Shown in pieces: positions 9,401 through 17,602 of a stretch of DNA of 22,323 nucleotides. Source of the stretch: Acidimicrobiia bacterium (lineage in GTDB: Bacteria > Actinomycetota > Acidimicrobiia > Spongiisociales > Spongiisociaceae); assembly GCA_041576165.1 (NCBI GenBank), contig JBFGLM010000066.1:1-22323 (forward strand), written 5' to 3'. Position 1 is the first letter of the stretch, and the number at the start of each line of letters is the position of its first letter. The notes under the pieces are model-generated. The model was not told the DNA's origin and did not search any database. It worked only from the letters and a program-made list of their open reading frames with translations. The position numbers and the translations under genes were made by a program.

Positions 9401-9816
9401 CCATGACCCGGGCCCAGATGGCCTCGCTGCTCGCACGCGCGCTGGGCCTACCGATCCCGGCCGGCAATCGCTTCGGTGACGTCTCCGGTGTGCATACCGG
9501 CAACATCAACGCCATCGCCGAAGCCGGAATCACCATCGGGTGTAGCACCGACGGGACACGCTTCTGCCCGAACGACCCTGTGAACAGGGCGCAGATGGCG
9601 ACTTTCATCGACCGTGCCTTTGTCTTGCTAGGCGCAACGACCGACTACTTCTCTGACGATCAAGGCTCCGTCCACGAAACAGCCATCAACCGGGTGGCGG
9701 AGACGGGCATCACGCTGGGCTGCCGGCCGGGCTTGTTCTGCCCGTATGACAACGTGACCCGCGGCCAGATTTCGGCATTTCTCCACCGAACCTTCGTGAA
9801 CCTGGGCCTGGAATAG
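6460..9816 (+). CDS. Secreted S8 subtilisin-like serine protease (KP-43-like) with C-terminal beta domain, two fibronectin type III domains and three SLH-like repeats
   Basis: Signal peptide; catalytic VAVADTG, GHGTHVAG, GGTSMAAP; SAGNDG oxyanion motif; FSSRGP..DGRIKPD; LVNDLDL; FN3 motifs GLTPDTAY and GLRPATAY; SLH-like GITQGC..FCP..TRAQMA repeats. Confidence 0.93.
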   Translation: MLRRVVPPLFVVAALTGALLPAGAAEPTTAEVPRPRAVEVGRGPSVHLPEDARTSLRLRSGSVDTRTPAAADKLRTLGPGPLVLQFEGPIRRSDLARLRESGAELLAILPDHAVRVRTDRPDRLAGIERIRWADRLRPEQVIHPQLDGTQLVRIVLDPGSDVEAAAATVASAGSTVVRSYDSGLIAMADRAASIEIARAVPAQWIEPWSLPEPHNEYGAAIVGADIANDLGYDGSTQIVAVADTGLGAGTASNAHRDIPADRVAGIADYPGSSGFSCWNAFPDGPIDVDTGHGTHVAGSVLSGGGPAGEGRGAAPGASLYFQAVEDYVDYILLCAGLQDGYQLIGLPADLGDLLQDAYDQGARIHQDSWGASAAGEYTADSAAVDSFMWQHQDMLMVVSAGNDGRDGDGDGVVDDGSIGSPATAKNVLSIGASENARSDLYPCDAALTYTTCGLDGGINTLNTYGSSWPADFPAAPLFGDPSAGGAQQLAAFSSRGPTQDGRIKPDVVAPGTWVLSGYSDLYQEQYDPAPNPRNGAYQSDGWGFPYDEHYKYFGGTSMAAPIASGAAAIVRDYYTKAHGLSWISGALVKATLINSATDIADENNDGVDDNALPIPNMHEGWGRVDVAAATDESHTWFDDGSVATGTQVTYATALETGTVPLKVTLVWSDYQGTGSCGSCLVNDLDLIVTAPDGEQTYVGNNFSGGWTPEGAAATDQVNNVENVYIEVPEAGVWTITVTGSDVPVGPQPFALVIDADFDESIDLVAPTWTNPTLEAAGITKTSATLIWSGASDDVGVVAYDVYSDASLLETTTSTSAALAGLTPDTAYSISVQARDAAGNVSSGGPSLTFTTIEDDPPDWSGVLLSRSDVGETHLTLSWDAPVDASGIETYLVYQDETLIGQPGGLQLAVTGLRPATAYSFVVEARDVHGATSTDGPALSVTTARDFADTNGHTFEADIAWLSGTGITQGCDEAGNFCPDDSMTRAQMASLLARALGLPIPAGNRFGDVSGVHTGNINAIAEAGITIGCSTDGTRFCPNDPVNRAQMATFIDRAFVLLGATTDYFSDDQGSVHETAINRVAETGITLGCRPGLFCPYDNVTRGQISAFLHRTFVNLGLE

Positions 9817-9834
9817 CCCCCCAGGCCAACCCGA

Positions 9835-10191
9835 TCATCCGATCGTGCGAACCCCAAACGTGGCGAAGAGGATGGTGACGGCAGCAAGCATGGTCACGAC
9901 CGCCAGCACACCATATGACGCAATCGAACCGCCCCGCTTGGCTCGGGCGACGCCCAGCCGCAACGCCAGCAGCGAATAGGCCAGCGCTGGAATGAACACT
10001 CGAAAGTGCAACGCCCGCAGTTCAGTCGAGGTGAGAGGCGGCTCTGATCCGGACGGCAGCGACAGCCAGGCCGCAACCGAGTTCCAACCCAACAGAACCC
10101 CCAGCACTGCGAGGATCGCCGGGTGCCAATTGTCGCCCAACAGTGGCGGACGGGACCGCGCATCGACTCTCATGTCATAGTGGATCGACAT
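9835..10191 (-). CDS. Hypothetical membrane protein (about three TM segments)
   Basis: Three hydrophobic stretches; converges on the protease stop; alternative start ATG 10173. Confidence 0.6.
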   Translation of the reverse strand: MSIHYDMRVDARSRPPLLGDNWHPAILAVLGVLLGWNSVAAWLSLPSGSEPPLTSTELRALHFRVFIPALAYSLLALRLGVARAKRGGSIASYGVLAVVTMLAAVTILFATFGVRTIG

Positions 10192-10317
10192 TCGGCAGGT
10201 CGAAACCTGAGCGCCAACTTCCCGCCGCCGCGCGCACTAGTCACAACGTTGGTGGTAACCATCCCTCGCCTCCGTCCGGCGGCCGGCCCACCCCGCAGGC
10301 AGGCATATCATGCCGGT

Positions 10318-10716
10318 ATGGCCCCGGCTTCGAATCGTGCGCTGCCCGGCGTTTGGTTGCTACGCCGTGATGGGCTGATGAGCAGCCGGGGCGCGGCGGC
10401 CGCTCGGCGAGTGTGGGTGATCGTCCTCGCCGCATTGGTTACCGTTGCCTGCTCTGGCCCCGCCTCGGATGCCCCGCCCGAAATTCAGGAGCAATATCTG
10501 CAGGCAGCTCGGGCCGCGGGTCAGCGGGCTGGGATCGATATCAGCGATGGCGACTGGTTGGAGATCGCCGACCTCATATGCAGCCGCCAACTGACGAGCC
10601 AGACCGACTACGAGGAGTTTCTCGACGAGATCAACAGCGGCGCTCCCGACCGGGCCCGAGGCGAGGTGATGCTCGACGTGGCCCGCACGGCGATCTCCCT
10701 GTTCTGCCCGCCCTAG
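10318..10716 (+). CDS. Putative small lipoprotein
   Basis: RRVWVIVLAALVTVAC lipobox-like signal; two further Cys (LICS, LFCP); TATCAT 6 nt before ATG 10318; alternative start ATG 10378. Confidence 0.7.
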   Translation: MAPASNRALPGVWLLRRDGLMSSRGAAAARRVWVIVLAALVTVACSGPASDAPPEIQEQYLQAARAAGQRAGIDISDGDWLEIADLICSRQLTSQTDYEEFLDEINSGAPDRARGEVMLDVARTAISLFCPP

Positions 10717-10820
10717 CCCCGTCCGGCCACCCCCGGCCCTCACCGCTTCGACTCCCTGTGACCGGACCGGGCCCGCTGGCGCGAATCGGCGACGCTCGTC
10801 TGACAGCTAGGCTCGGGCGC

Positions 10821-11750
10821 ATGCGAGTCGCCGGCGTGCAAGCCGCCCCCGTCTTTCTGGATCGCAAGGCCACCATCGAAAAAGTCGTTGATCTCCTCGG
10901 CGAGGCGGCAGACGCCGGCGCCGACCTGGTCGCGTTCCCCGAGACGTTCGTGCCCGGCTATCCGGCCTGGGTGGAAACAACCGATGCAGCCGCGTGGAAC
11001 GATCCCGGCCAAAAAGCAGCATTCGCCTGGTACCTCGACTCAGCTGTCGACGTACACGGAGCCGACTTCGCGCCCGTCATCGAAGCCGTTCGCGACCTGG
11101 GCGTGTTTGCGTATGTTGGGGTGGCCGAACGCGCCGCTTCGAGCGGATCTGTCTATTGCTCGCTCGTGGCCATCCACCCTGATGAGGGCGTGGTTTCGGT
11201 CCACCGCAAGCTCAAGCCCACGTACGGCGAAGGGCTGGCGTGGGCGGACGGCGACGGCTACGGCCTGCGCGTCCACGACTGGCGCGGTTTTCGAGTGAGT
11301 GGACTGAACTGCTGGGAGAACTGGATGCCGCTGGCACGCACCTCCCTCTACGCCCAGGGCACACAGCTGCATATCGCCACCTGGCCCGGCTCGCCCTGGC
11401 TCACGCGTGACATCAGCCGGTTCATCGCGATGGAAGGACGGGTATATGTACTGAGCGTTGGCGCGGTGCTGCGGAGCGAACACATCGCCGAGGACTTCCC
11501 ACTCCGCCACAAGATGGTGGCCGCACAAGCCCGCTACGCCAGCGGCGGAACGATGATCGTTGCGCCAGACGGGACAGTGATCGACGGGCCGCGCAAATAC
11601 GAAGAGACCATTGTGTACGCCGACCTGGAGATCGAGACAGTGCTGAGGGAGCGCCAGAACTTCGATCCGACCGGCCATTACAGCCGGCCCGACGTTCTCC
11701 GGCTCGTGGTCGACCGGCGACGAAATCAACCGGCCGGATTCGAAGGGTGA
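10821..11750 (+). CDS. Nitrilase (carbon-nitrogen hydrolase family)
   Basis: E-K-C triad FPETFVPGYP, HRKLKPT, LNCWENWMP; FDPTGHYSRPDV; TAGGCT 7 nt before ATG 10821. Confidence 0.93.
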   Translation: MRVAGVQAAPVFLDRKATIEKVVDLLGEAADAGADLVAFPETFVPGYPAWVETTDAAAWNDPGQKAAFAWYLDSAVDVHGADFAPVIEAVRDLGVFAYVGVAERAASSGSVYCSLVAIHPDEGVVSVHRKLKPTYGEGLAWADGDGYGLRVHDWRGFRVSGLNCWENWMPLARTSLYAQGTQLHIATWPGSPWLTRDISRFIAMEGRVYVLSVGAVLRSEHIAEDFPLRHKMVAAQARYASGGTMIVAPDGTVIDGPRKYEETIVYADLEIETVLRERQNFDPTGHYSRPDVLRLVVDRRRNQPAGFEG

Positions 11751-11756
11751 CTGAAC

Positions 11757-12167
11757 ATGGACCGGGCTGAGCTGGCCGCCGTCCGGGAGGAACTCGCGGC
11801 GATCCAAGATCGCCTCATCGGGCTGCCGCCCGAGGCGTTCAGCGAGCGTATGGAGCTGCGTGCCCGGCAAGAAGAGCTCCGTGAGAAGGTCAGGTCGGAG
11901 GCGCTGGCCGGCGACCTCTTGAGCGCCGACCAGATCAAGCGACGGATCGCCGAACTAGAGAGCACGATCGCCGCGCATTCTGCCAACCGCCTCTCACACA
12001 GTTCAGGACCCCAGACCGGCATGGGCGGAGGCATCGATCCCAAACACCTGCACGAGATGAACCGGCGCATGGACGAGAGCATCGGACTCGACGATCTCAG
12101 GACGCAGCTGCGCCGGCTGCGGGACCGCCTCGCCGCGATGGAGCGAGCGAAACCACCAAGCGCCTAG
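11757..12167 (+). CDS. Hypothetical coiled-coil protein
   Basis: Starts 6 nt after the nitrilase stop; L/E/R-rich heptad-like helices around a GMGGGIDP turn; GC3-rich codons. Confidence 0.75.
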   Translation: MDRAELAAVREELAAIQDRLIGLPPEAFSERMELRARQEELREKVRSEALAGDLLSADQIKRRIAELESTIAAHSANRLSHSSGPQTGMGGGIDPKHLHEMNRRMDESIGLDDLRTQLRRLRDRLAAMERAKPPSA

Positions 12168-12520
12168 ACGGCTCGACTGAACTCGATTCGCTGTCGGGGC
12201 GAAGCCGGCTCCACCGGGCTGCCGTACGTGAGCTCCGTGTAGGAGCCGCTGGCCGCGTCGTAACCGGCCAGAGTGTCCGAAATCTGCGCGTAGAGCTTGG
12301 CGGCGTCAGGCCCGTAGCAGTAGAGCGCGCAATATCCCTCGCCGATGTCGTGGCCGGCGAAGAACATCTCTTCTTGCTCGGCCAGCACAGCCTGCAGCTG
12401 ATCCTCCAGCAGCGCCAGGCGGAAACGTTCCGAACGGCTCCCGGTGCGCTGGTCGCTCAAACGCAGGTTCACAACCACGGACTGGGTGTCGGTGGTAGGC
12501 AAGCTGGGTCCGATCGCCAT
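12164..12520 (-). CDS. Hypothetical small alpha/beta protein
   Basis: Strong RBS AAAGGGAG upstream of ATG; motif GHDIGEG-x3-LYCYGPDAxxL; stop overlaps the convergent gene (CTAG). Confidence 0.75.
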   Translation of the reverse strand: MAIGPSLPTTDTQSVVVNLRLSDQRTGSRSERFRLALLEDQLQAVLAEQEEMFFAGHDIGEGYCALYCYGPDAAKLYAQISDTLAGYDAASGSYTELTYGSPVEPASPRQRIEFSRAV

Positions 12521-12606
12521 CGTGTCTCCCTTTCGACGCTCGTACTTCGACGGATCGGCCCATTACTTGAATGTGCGGCGTGCACAATGGTTCGTACACT
12601 GCGCCG

Positions 12607-13404
12607 ATGCCGCGCAAAGACGCCTATTCCCACGGACACGCCCCCGCCGTCGTCGGACATCACGCCCTGCGCACGGCCCAAGACAGTGCCGCGTTTCTCG
12701 TCCCTCGCCTCAAGTCGGGCCAGACCCTGCTCGACGTCGGCTGCGGTCCCGGGTCCATCACGGCGGACCTGGCCGAGCTCGTCCACCCCGGCCAGGTGCT
12801 GGCCATCGATGTGTCCGAAACCGCAGTGGATAACGCCCGAGCCACCGTCCGGGATCGGGAACTCGACAACGTCGAGGTGGAAGTGGCGAGCGTTTACGAA
12901 CTGGGCGAACAGACTTTCGACGTCGTCTACGCCCACCAGGTGCTCCAGCACCTCAGCGATCCGGTTGCGGCTCTTCGCCGCATGCGCACGGCGCTCGCTC
13001 CCGGCGGCATCGTCGCCGTTCGTGACTCGGATTACGCGGGCATGTTTTGGGCGCCTCGGCCGCCGCAGCTCGATCGCTGGGTCGAGTTGTATCACCAAAT
13101 GAACGAGGCGCTCGGCCTGGAGTCCCGGGCCGGGCGGTGGCTTCCCACCTGGGTGGCCGAGGCCGGACTGTCCAACCCGACCATCACCTCTTCGACCTGG
13201 ACGCATGCAACCGCCGCGGCCCGGGCAGTCTGGGCTGGGGCGTGGGAGCGGCGGTCACTCGAATCCTCATACGCCGAACACGCACTCGAGCTCGGGCTGG
13301 CCGGCCGCGCAGAACTCGAGGAAATCTCCGCGGCTTTCCGCTGGTGGGCGGGGCAGCCCAATGCCATCTGGGTGGTTCCGCATGTCGAGGTGATCGCGGA
13401 GTAG
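12607..13404 (+). CDS. Class I SAM-dependent methyltransferase
   Basis: YSHGH..HALRTA N-terminus, LLDVGCGPGSIT, FDVVYAHQVLQHLSDP, LAPGG; TACACT 6 nt before ATG 12607. Confidence 0.93.
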   Translation: MPRKDAYSHGHAPAVVGHHALRTAQDSAAFLVPRLKSGQTLLDVGCGPGSITADLAELVHPGQVLAIDVSETAVDNARATVRDRELDNVEVEVASVYELGEQTFDVVYAHQVLQHLSDPVAALRRMRTALAPGGIVAVRDSDYAGMFWAPRPPQLDRWVELYHQMNEALGLESRAGRWLPTWVAEAGLSNPTITSSTWTHATAAARAVWAGAWERRSLESSYAEHALELGLAGRAELEEISAAFRWWAGQPNAIWVVPHVEVIAE

Positions 13405-13440
13405 CCGCCGGACGACTCGAGATGGTGCCCTAATCGGCCG

Positions 13441-16134
13441 TCAGGTGTTCCAGGGATCGGGGGCGTCAGGATCCAGTTCATATCGCTTGATCGCTTCCGC
13501 CACGATCGGGGGTTCGATGTGACCCTGTTCGGCGAGCGAGGACAACACACCGACCGTGACGTGCGGTCCGTCGACCTCGAAGAAGCGGCGCAGCGCATCG
13601 CGCGTGTCGGACCGGCCAAAGCCATCGGTGCCCAGCGACGCGTAAGGCTGGTCGATCCAACGGGACACCTGGTCGGGAACGGTCCGCATGTAGTCGGTCA
13701 CCGCCAGCACCGGCCCGTTGACCCCGGACAGGGCACGACGGATAACGGGCACGCGCCGGTCCTCATTCGGGTGCAGTCGGTTCCAGCGCTCGGCCGACAT
13801 TGCGTCCTCACGCAGGTTCTTGTAGGACGTGACGCTCCACAGGGACGCCCCCACCCCGTAATGCTCATAGAGCTCGCGTTGTGCCCATTGCGCCGCGGCG
13901 TGGAGCGGGCCTGAGAACAGGATCGCCGCCCCGAACCGGGAGTCGTCGGGTGCCGGCGACCACTGGTAGATGCCGTCGATGATCCCCTGATCGACGCCTT
14001 CGGGTTTGGCGGGCATCGGGTAGTTCTCGTTGTAGATGGTGATGTAGTACATGACGTCCTGGTTCTCGACGTACATGCGCCGCAGGCCATCTTCCACGAT
14101 GGTGGCCAGCTCGTAGGCGAACGCCGGGTCGTATGCCATCACCGTCGGCACGGTTGATGCGAGCACGTGGCTGTGCCCGTCCTGGTGCTGGAGACCCTCC
14201 CCCATCAGCGTGGTCCGTCCGGCCGTGGCGCCCATGAGGAATCCTCGGGCCCGGGCGTCAGCCGCCTGCCAGATCAGGTCACCCACCCGCTGGAATCCGA
14301 ACATCGAGTAGAACGTGAAGAATGGCACCATCGGCACGCCCCGATCGGCGTACGCGGTGCCCGCCGCAATGAAACTGCACATCGACCCGGCTTCGGTGAT
14401 GCCCTCCTCCAGGATCTGGCCGTCTTTGGCTTCCGCGTAGGACAGCAACAGCGAGGCGTCGATCGGCTCGTAGAGCTGGCCCATGGCGGCGTAGATCTTG
14501 AGCTCTTTGAACAGTGAGTCGAAACCGAAGGTGCGGGCTTCATCTGGCACGATTGGCACAACCCGCGGTCCGAACTCCGGATCACGCGCCAGACCGCGCA
14601 ACAGCCGGGCGAAGGCCATGGTGGTCGACGGCTCCTGGGTGCCGGTGCCGGCGTGAAACTCGTCGTAAACCTTCGGGTTGGGCAGGTGCAGCGGGCGCTT
14701 GATCCGGACCACCCGTGACGGCAGTGCTCCGTCGAGGGCCTTGCGCCGCTCCATCATGTACTCGTATTCGGGCGAATCGACCGGCGGCCGGTAGTACGGG
14801 GGTTCCCTGCCATCCTCCAGCGCCTCGGCCGGTATCTCGGCCTCGAGATGGATGCGGGTCCGCAGCTGACGCAGCTGTGCGTTGGACAGCTTCTTGATCT
14901 GGTGGGTGGCATTGCGGGCTTCGACATCGGGCCCCAGCGTCCATCCCTTCACGGTCTTGGCGAGGATCACGGTCGGCGCACCTTCGGCCTCGGTGGCTGC
15001 CTTGTAGGCGGCGTACAACTTCCGGTAGTCGTGCCCGCCCCGAGGCAGCCGCTCCAGCTCTTCATCTGACAGGTGCGCGACCAGCTGGCGGAGGCGGGGA
15101 TCGGGACCGAAGAACTCCTCCCGGATCTGGCTACCCGGCAGAGCCGTGATCCGCTGAAACTCCCCATCCACGGTGGTATTGACCTTGTTGAGCAGGACGC
15201 CGTCCACATCGCGCATGAACAGCTCGTCCCAACCCGAGCCCCAGATGACCTTGATCACGTTCCACCCGGCGCCCCGGAACACCGCTTCCAGTTCCTGGAT
15301 GATCTTGCCGTTGCCCCGCACCGGGCCGTCCAGGCGTTGCAGATTGCAGTTGACTACCCAGATCAAATTGTCGAGTTTTTCGCGAGCCGCCAACGAGATC
15401 GAACCCAGCGTTTCGGGCTCATCGGTTTCGCCGTCACCGAGGAAGCACCACACACGAGAATCCGACGTGTCGTCCAGCTCACGGTTGTGCAGATAACGGT
15501 TGAAGCGCGCCTGATAGATCGACGCGAGGGGGCCCAACCCCATCGACACGGTGGGGTACTCCCAGAAGTCGGGCATGAGTCGCGGGTGCGGGTAACTGGA
15601 CAGGCCGTCCCCATAGATCTCCCGCCTGAAGTTGTCGAGATGCTGCTCGTCGAAGCGGCGGGCCAGGTACGCCCGGGCATAGATGCCGGGCGCGGCGTGT
15701 CCCTGGATGTAGACGTGATCGCCTGGTAGACCGTCTTCTTTGCCGCGGAAGAAGTGGTTGAAGCCGACGTCGTACAGCGCGGCGGAGGACGCGAACGTGG
15801 ACAGGTGCCCGCCGATACCCTCCGCATGCATGTTGGCCTTGACCACCATGACCGCCGCGTTCCATCTCACGAAACGTCGGATCCGGCGCTCCAGGTGTTC
15901 GTCGCCGGGGAACCAGGCCTGCTCCTCAGGCGGGATCGTGTTCACGTATGGCGTGCTGATCGTGGCCGGGATCCCCACCTGAAGCTCCTTGGCCCGCTCC
16001 AGCAAGCTGGCCACCAGGAACCGGGCCCGGGTCTTGCCCTGGAAGTTGACGACCGCTTCTAACGAATCGAGCCACTCCTGAGTTTCGGTGGGGTCGATAT
16101 CGGGAAGCTGGTGGAAGAACCCATCAATAATCAC
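13441..16134 (-). CDS. aceE: Pyruvate dehydrogenase E1 component, homodimeric type
   Basis: DIDPTETQEW, GGHLSTFAS, SSYPHP, TVSMGLGP, TPP motif GDGETDEPE..NCNLQRLDGP, EGLQHQDGHS, GTDGFGRSDTR; GAGGTG 6 nt before GTG 16134. Confidence 0.97.
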   Translation of the reverse strand: MIIDGFFHQLPDIDPTETQEWLDSLEAVVNFQGKTRARFLVASLLERAKELQVGIPATISTPYVNTIPPEEQAWFPGDEHLERRIRRFVRWNAAVMVVKANMHAEGIGGHLSTFASSAALYDVGFNHFFRGKEDGLPGDHVYIQGHAAPGIYARAYLARRFDEQHLDNFRREIYGDGLSSYPHPRLMPDFWEYPTVSMGLGPLASIYQARFNRYLHNRELDDTSDSRVWCFLGDGETDEPETLGSISLAAREKLDNLIWVVNCNLQRLDGPVRGNGKIIQELEAVFRGAGWNVIKVIWGSGWDELFMRDVDGVLLNKVNTTVDGEFQRITALPGSQIREEFFGPDPRLRQLVAHLSDEELERLPRGGHDYRKLYAAYKAATEAEGAPTVILAKTVKGWTLGPDVEARNATHQIKKLSNAQLRQLRTRIHLEAEIPAEALEDGREPPYYRPPVDSPEYEYMMERRKALDGALPSRVVRIKRPLHLPNPKVYDEFHAGTGTQEPSTTMAFARLLRGLARDPEFGPRVVPIVPDEARTFGFDSLFKELKIYAAMGQLYEPIDASLLLSYAEAKDGQILEEGITEAGSMCSFIAAGTAYADRGVPMVPFFTFYSMFGFQRVGDLIWQAADARARGFLMGATAGRTTLMGEGLQHQDGHSHVLASTVPTVMAYDPAFAYELATIVEDGLRRMYVENQDVMYYITIYNENYPMPAKPEGVDQGIIDGIYQWSPAPDDSRFGAAILFSGPLHAAAQWAQRELYEHYGVGASLWSVTSYKNLREDAMSAERWNRLHPNEDRRVPVIRRALSGVNGPVLAVTDYMRTVPDQVSRWIDQPYASLGTDGFGRSDTRDALRRFFEVDGPHVTVGVLSSLAEQGHIEPPIVAEAIKRYELDPDAPDPWNT

Positions 16135-16290
16135 TTGTTGCACCTCATGTCGTTCACCGGGCTCATTCGCCGCGGCCCGCCGGGCCGACCGCACGCGCGC
16201 CACCTCGACCCGGATCTGCGCGCGATCACACCCGGCCCCCTGCGTCAGCTCAACTCTATCCTCTTCCGGCGCAAGCCGGAGTCGAGCGGA

Positions 16291-16944
16291 ATGCCACATC
16301 TAGTCGAACTCAGCCACGTCATAAGCGCCGGGATGGTCACCTACCCCGGCCTTCCGGGTCCGGTGATCACGGATCATCTCAGCCGTCACCAGGCAGCGCA
16401 GCACTACGGGCCCGGGGTGACGTTCCACATCGGGCGCATCGAAATGGTGGCCAACACCGGAACGTACCTCGACGTCCCGTCCCACCGGTTCGCCGACGGT
16501 GCCGACCTGGCCGATCATCCACTCGAATCGATGGCCGATCTCGCAGGCCTCTGTGTTCGGACATCCGGGCTCAAGGCCATCGGCGCGCAACACTTCGAGC
16601 GTCTCGACCTCACGCACAAGGCAGTGCTCGTCCACACGGGCTGGTCTGAGCATTTTGGAACGGAGCGGTACGCCGACGATGCCCCGTTCCTCACCGGCGA
16701 TGCCGCCCGGCTTTTCGTCGAGCAAGGGGCTTCCCTGGTTGGGATCGACTCGATCAACATCGACGACATCGGAGACATGACTCGCCCGGCCCACACCCAG
16801 CTGCTGGCGGCGGGGATTCCGATAGTGGAGCACCTGACCAACCTGGAGGCGCTGCCGGATCACGGTTTCCGTTTCTTTGCCCTGCCGCCCCGAATCGAGG
16901 GGATGGGAACATTCCCGGTCAGAGCGATTGCGCGAGTGGATTGA
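16291..16944 (+). CDS. Cyclase family protein (kynurenine formamidase-like)
   Basis: ELSH..GMVTYPG, NTGTYLDVPSH, LVHTGWS, VGIDS, PAHTQLL, IVEHLTNL, PVRAIA. Confidence 0.9.
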   Translation: MPHLVELSHVISAGMVTYPGLPGPVITDHLSRHQAAQHYGPGVTFHIGRIEMVANTGTYLDVPSHRFADGADLADHPLESMADLAGLCVRTSGLKAIGAQHFERLDLTHKAVLVHTGWSEHFGTERYADDAPFLTGDAARLFVEQGASLVGIDSINIDDIGDMTRPAHTQLLAAGIPIVEHLTNLEALPDHGFRFFALPPRIEGMGTFPVRAIARVD

Positions 16945-16957
16945 CCGCCGCCCGGGT

Positions 16958-17527
16958 TCAGCCCCCCATCGCGACCAGCTGATCGAGCGTCTGACGCAGG
17001 TTGTCCTCCCCGATGGCGCCAGGCCATCCTCCCAGCACCGTCTCGTCGGCCGACACCAGGACGGTCGTCGGCGTGCCGCGGGCGGCAAAGAACTGCCACA
17101 GTTGCTCGTTGGGATCAAAGGCCCATTTGATACGGCCCGACGGCATCCACTCCCTCGCTCGGGCGGAGGTGGTTGCCGCGTCGCTCCGGGCACCGATAGC
17201 CAGGAAGGCCACGTCGCCGGCGTACTCCTCGCTGAGCTGTTCGAGGACGGGCAACTCCCGCCGGCAATACGGTCACCACTCGGCCCAGAACACCAGCATG
17301 ACCGGAGTGGCGACCTGCCCGAAGTCGAAGGTAGACCCGTCCGCCAGGGTCAAGGAGATGTTGGGGATCACGACCCCGCCCGGTGTCGACGTGGGCGGCG
17401 TCGAGTCGATGATCGGTGCCGCCTCCGCCACGCCCGGCGCCGGCGCGACCCCGGTTGCCGTGCCGCCGCAGGCAGCCGCCACCAGGGCGAACGCAACGAG
17501 CGCCAGAATCCGGGACATGGGCGCCAT
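16958..17527 (-). CDS. TlpA/ResA-like thioredoxin-fold lipoprotein, probable selenoprotein (UxxC; TGA at 17275-17273)
   Basis: ORFs 17273..17527 and 16958..17254 are in the same frame; readthrough gives VFWAEW-U-PYCRRELP; lipobox LVAAAC; cis-Pro motif GTPTTVLV; alternative start 17518. Confidence 0.88.
17246..17262 (-). promoter_or_regulatory. Candidate bacterial SECIS hairpin
   Basis: mRNA GGCGGG-AGUUG-CCCGUC; loop begins 16 nt after UGA with G at loop position 2. Confidence 0.55.
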
Positions 17528-17602
17528 ACAACCAGCTCATGGGACACAGGGGAGATCAGTGTCGGGTGTACGTCGTTTCCCCGAGAGGGCGATGTCGGCG
17601 CA

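Noticed and set aside
13441-16134. aceE lacking adjacent E2/E3 genes as an anomaly
   Set aside because: A stand-alone aceE is the usual arrangement in Actinomycetota
16135-16299. Long overlapping N-termini of aceE (16299) and cyclase (16111)
   Set aside because: Family-like sequence starts at 16134 and 16291, each with an SD-like signal
16958-17527. TlpA gene as a nonsense pseudogene or two separate genes
   Set aside because: The only interruption is a TGA exactly at the catalytic Cys position with a hairpin downstream; Sec recoding is more parsimonious, though unproven without sel genes
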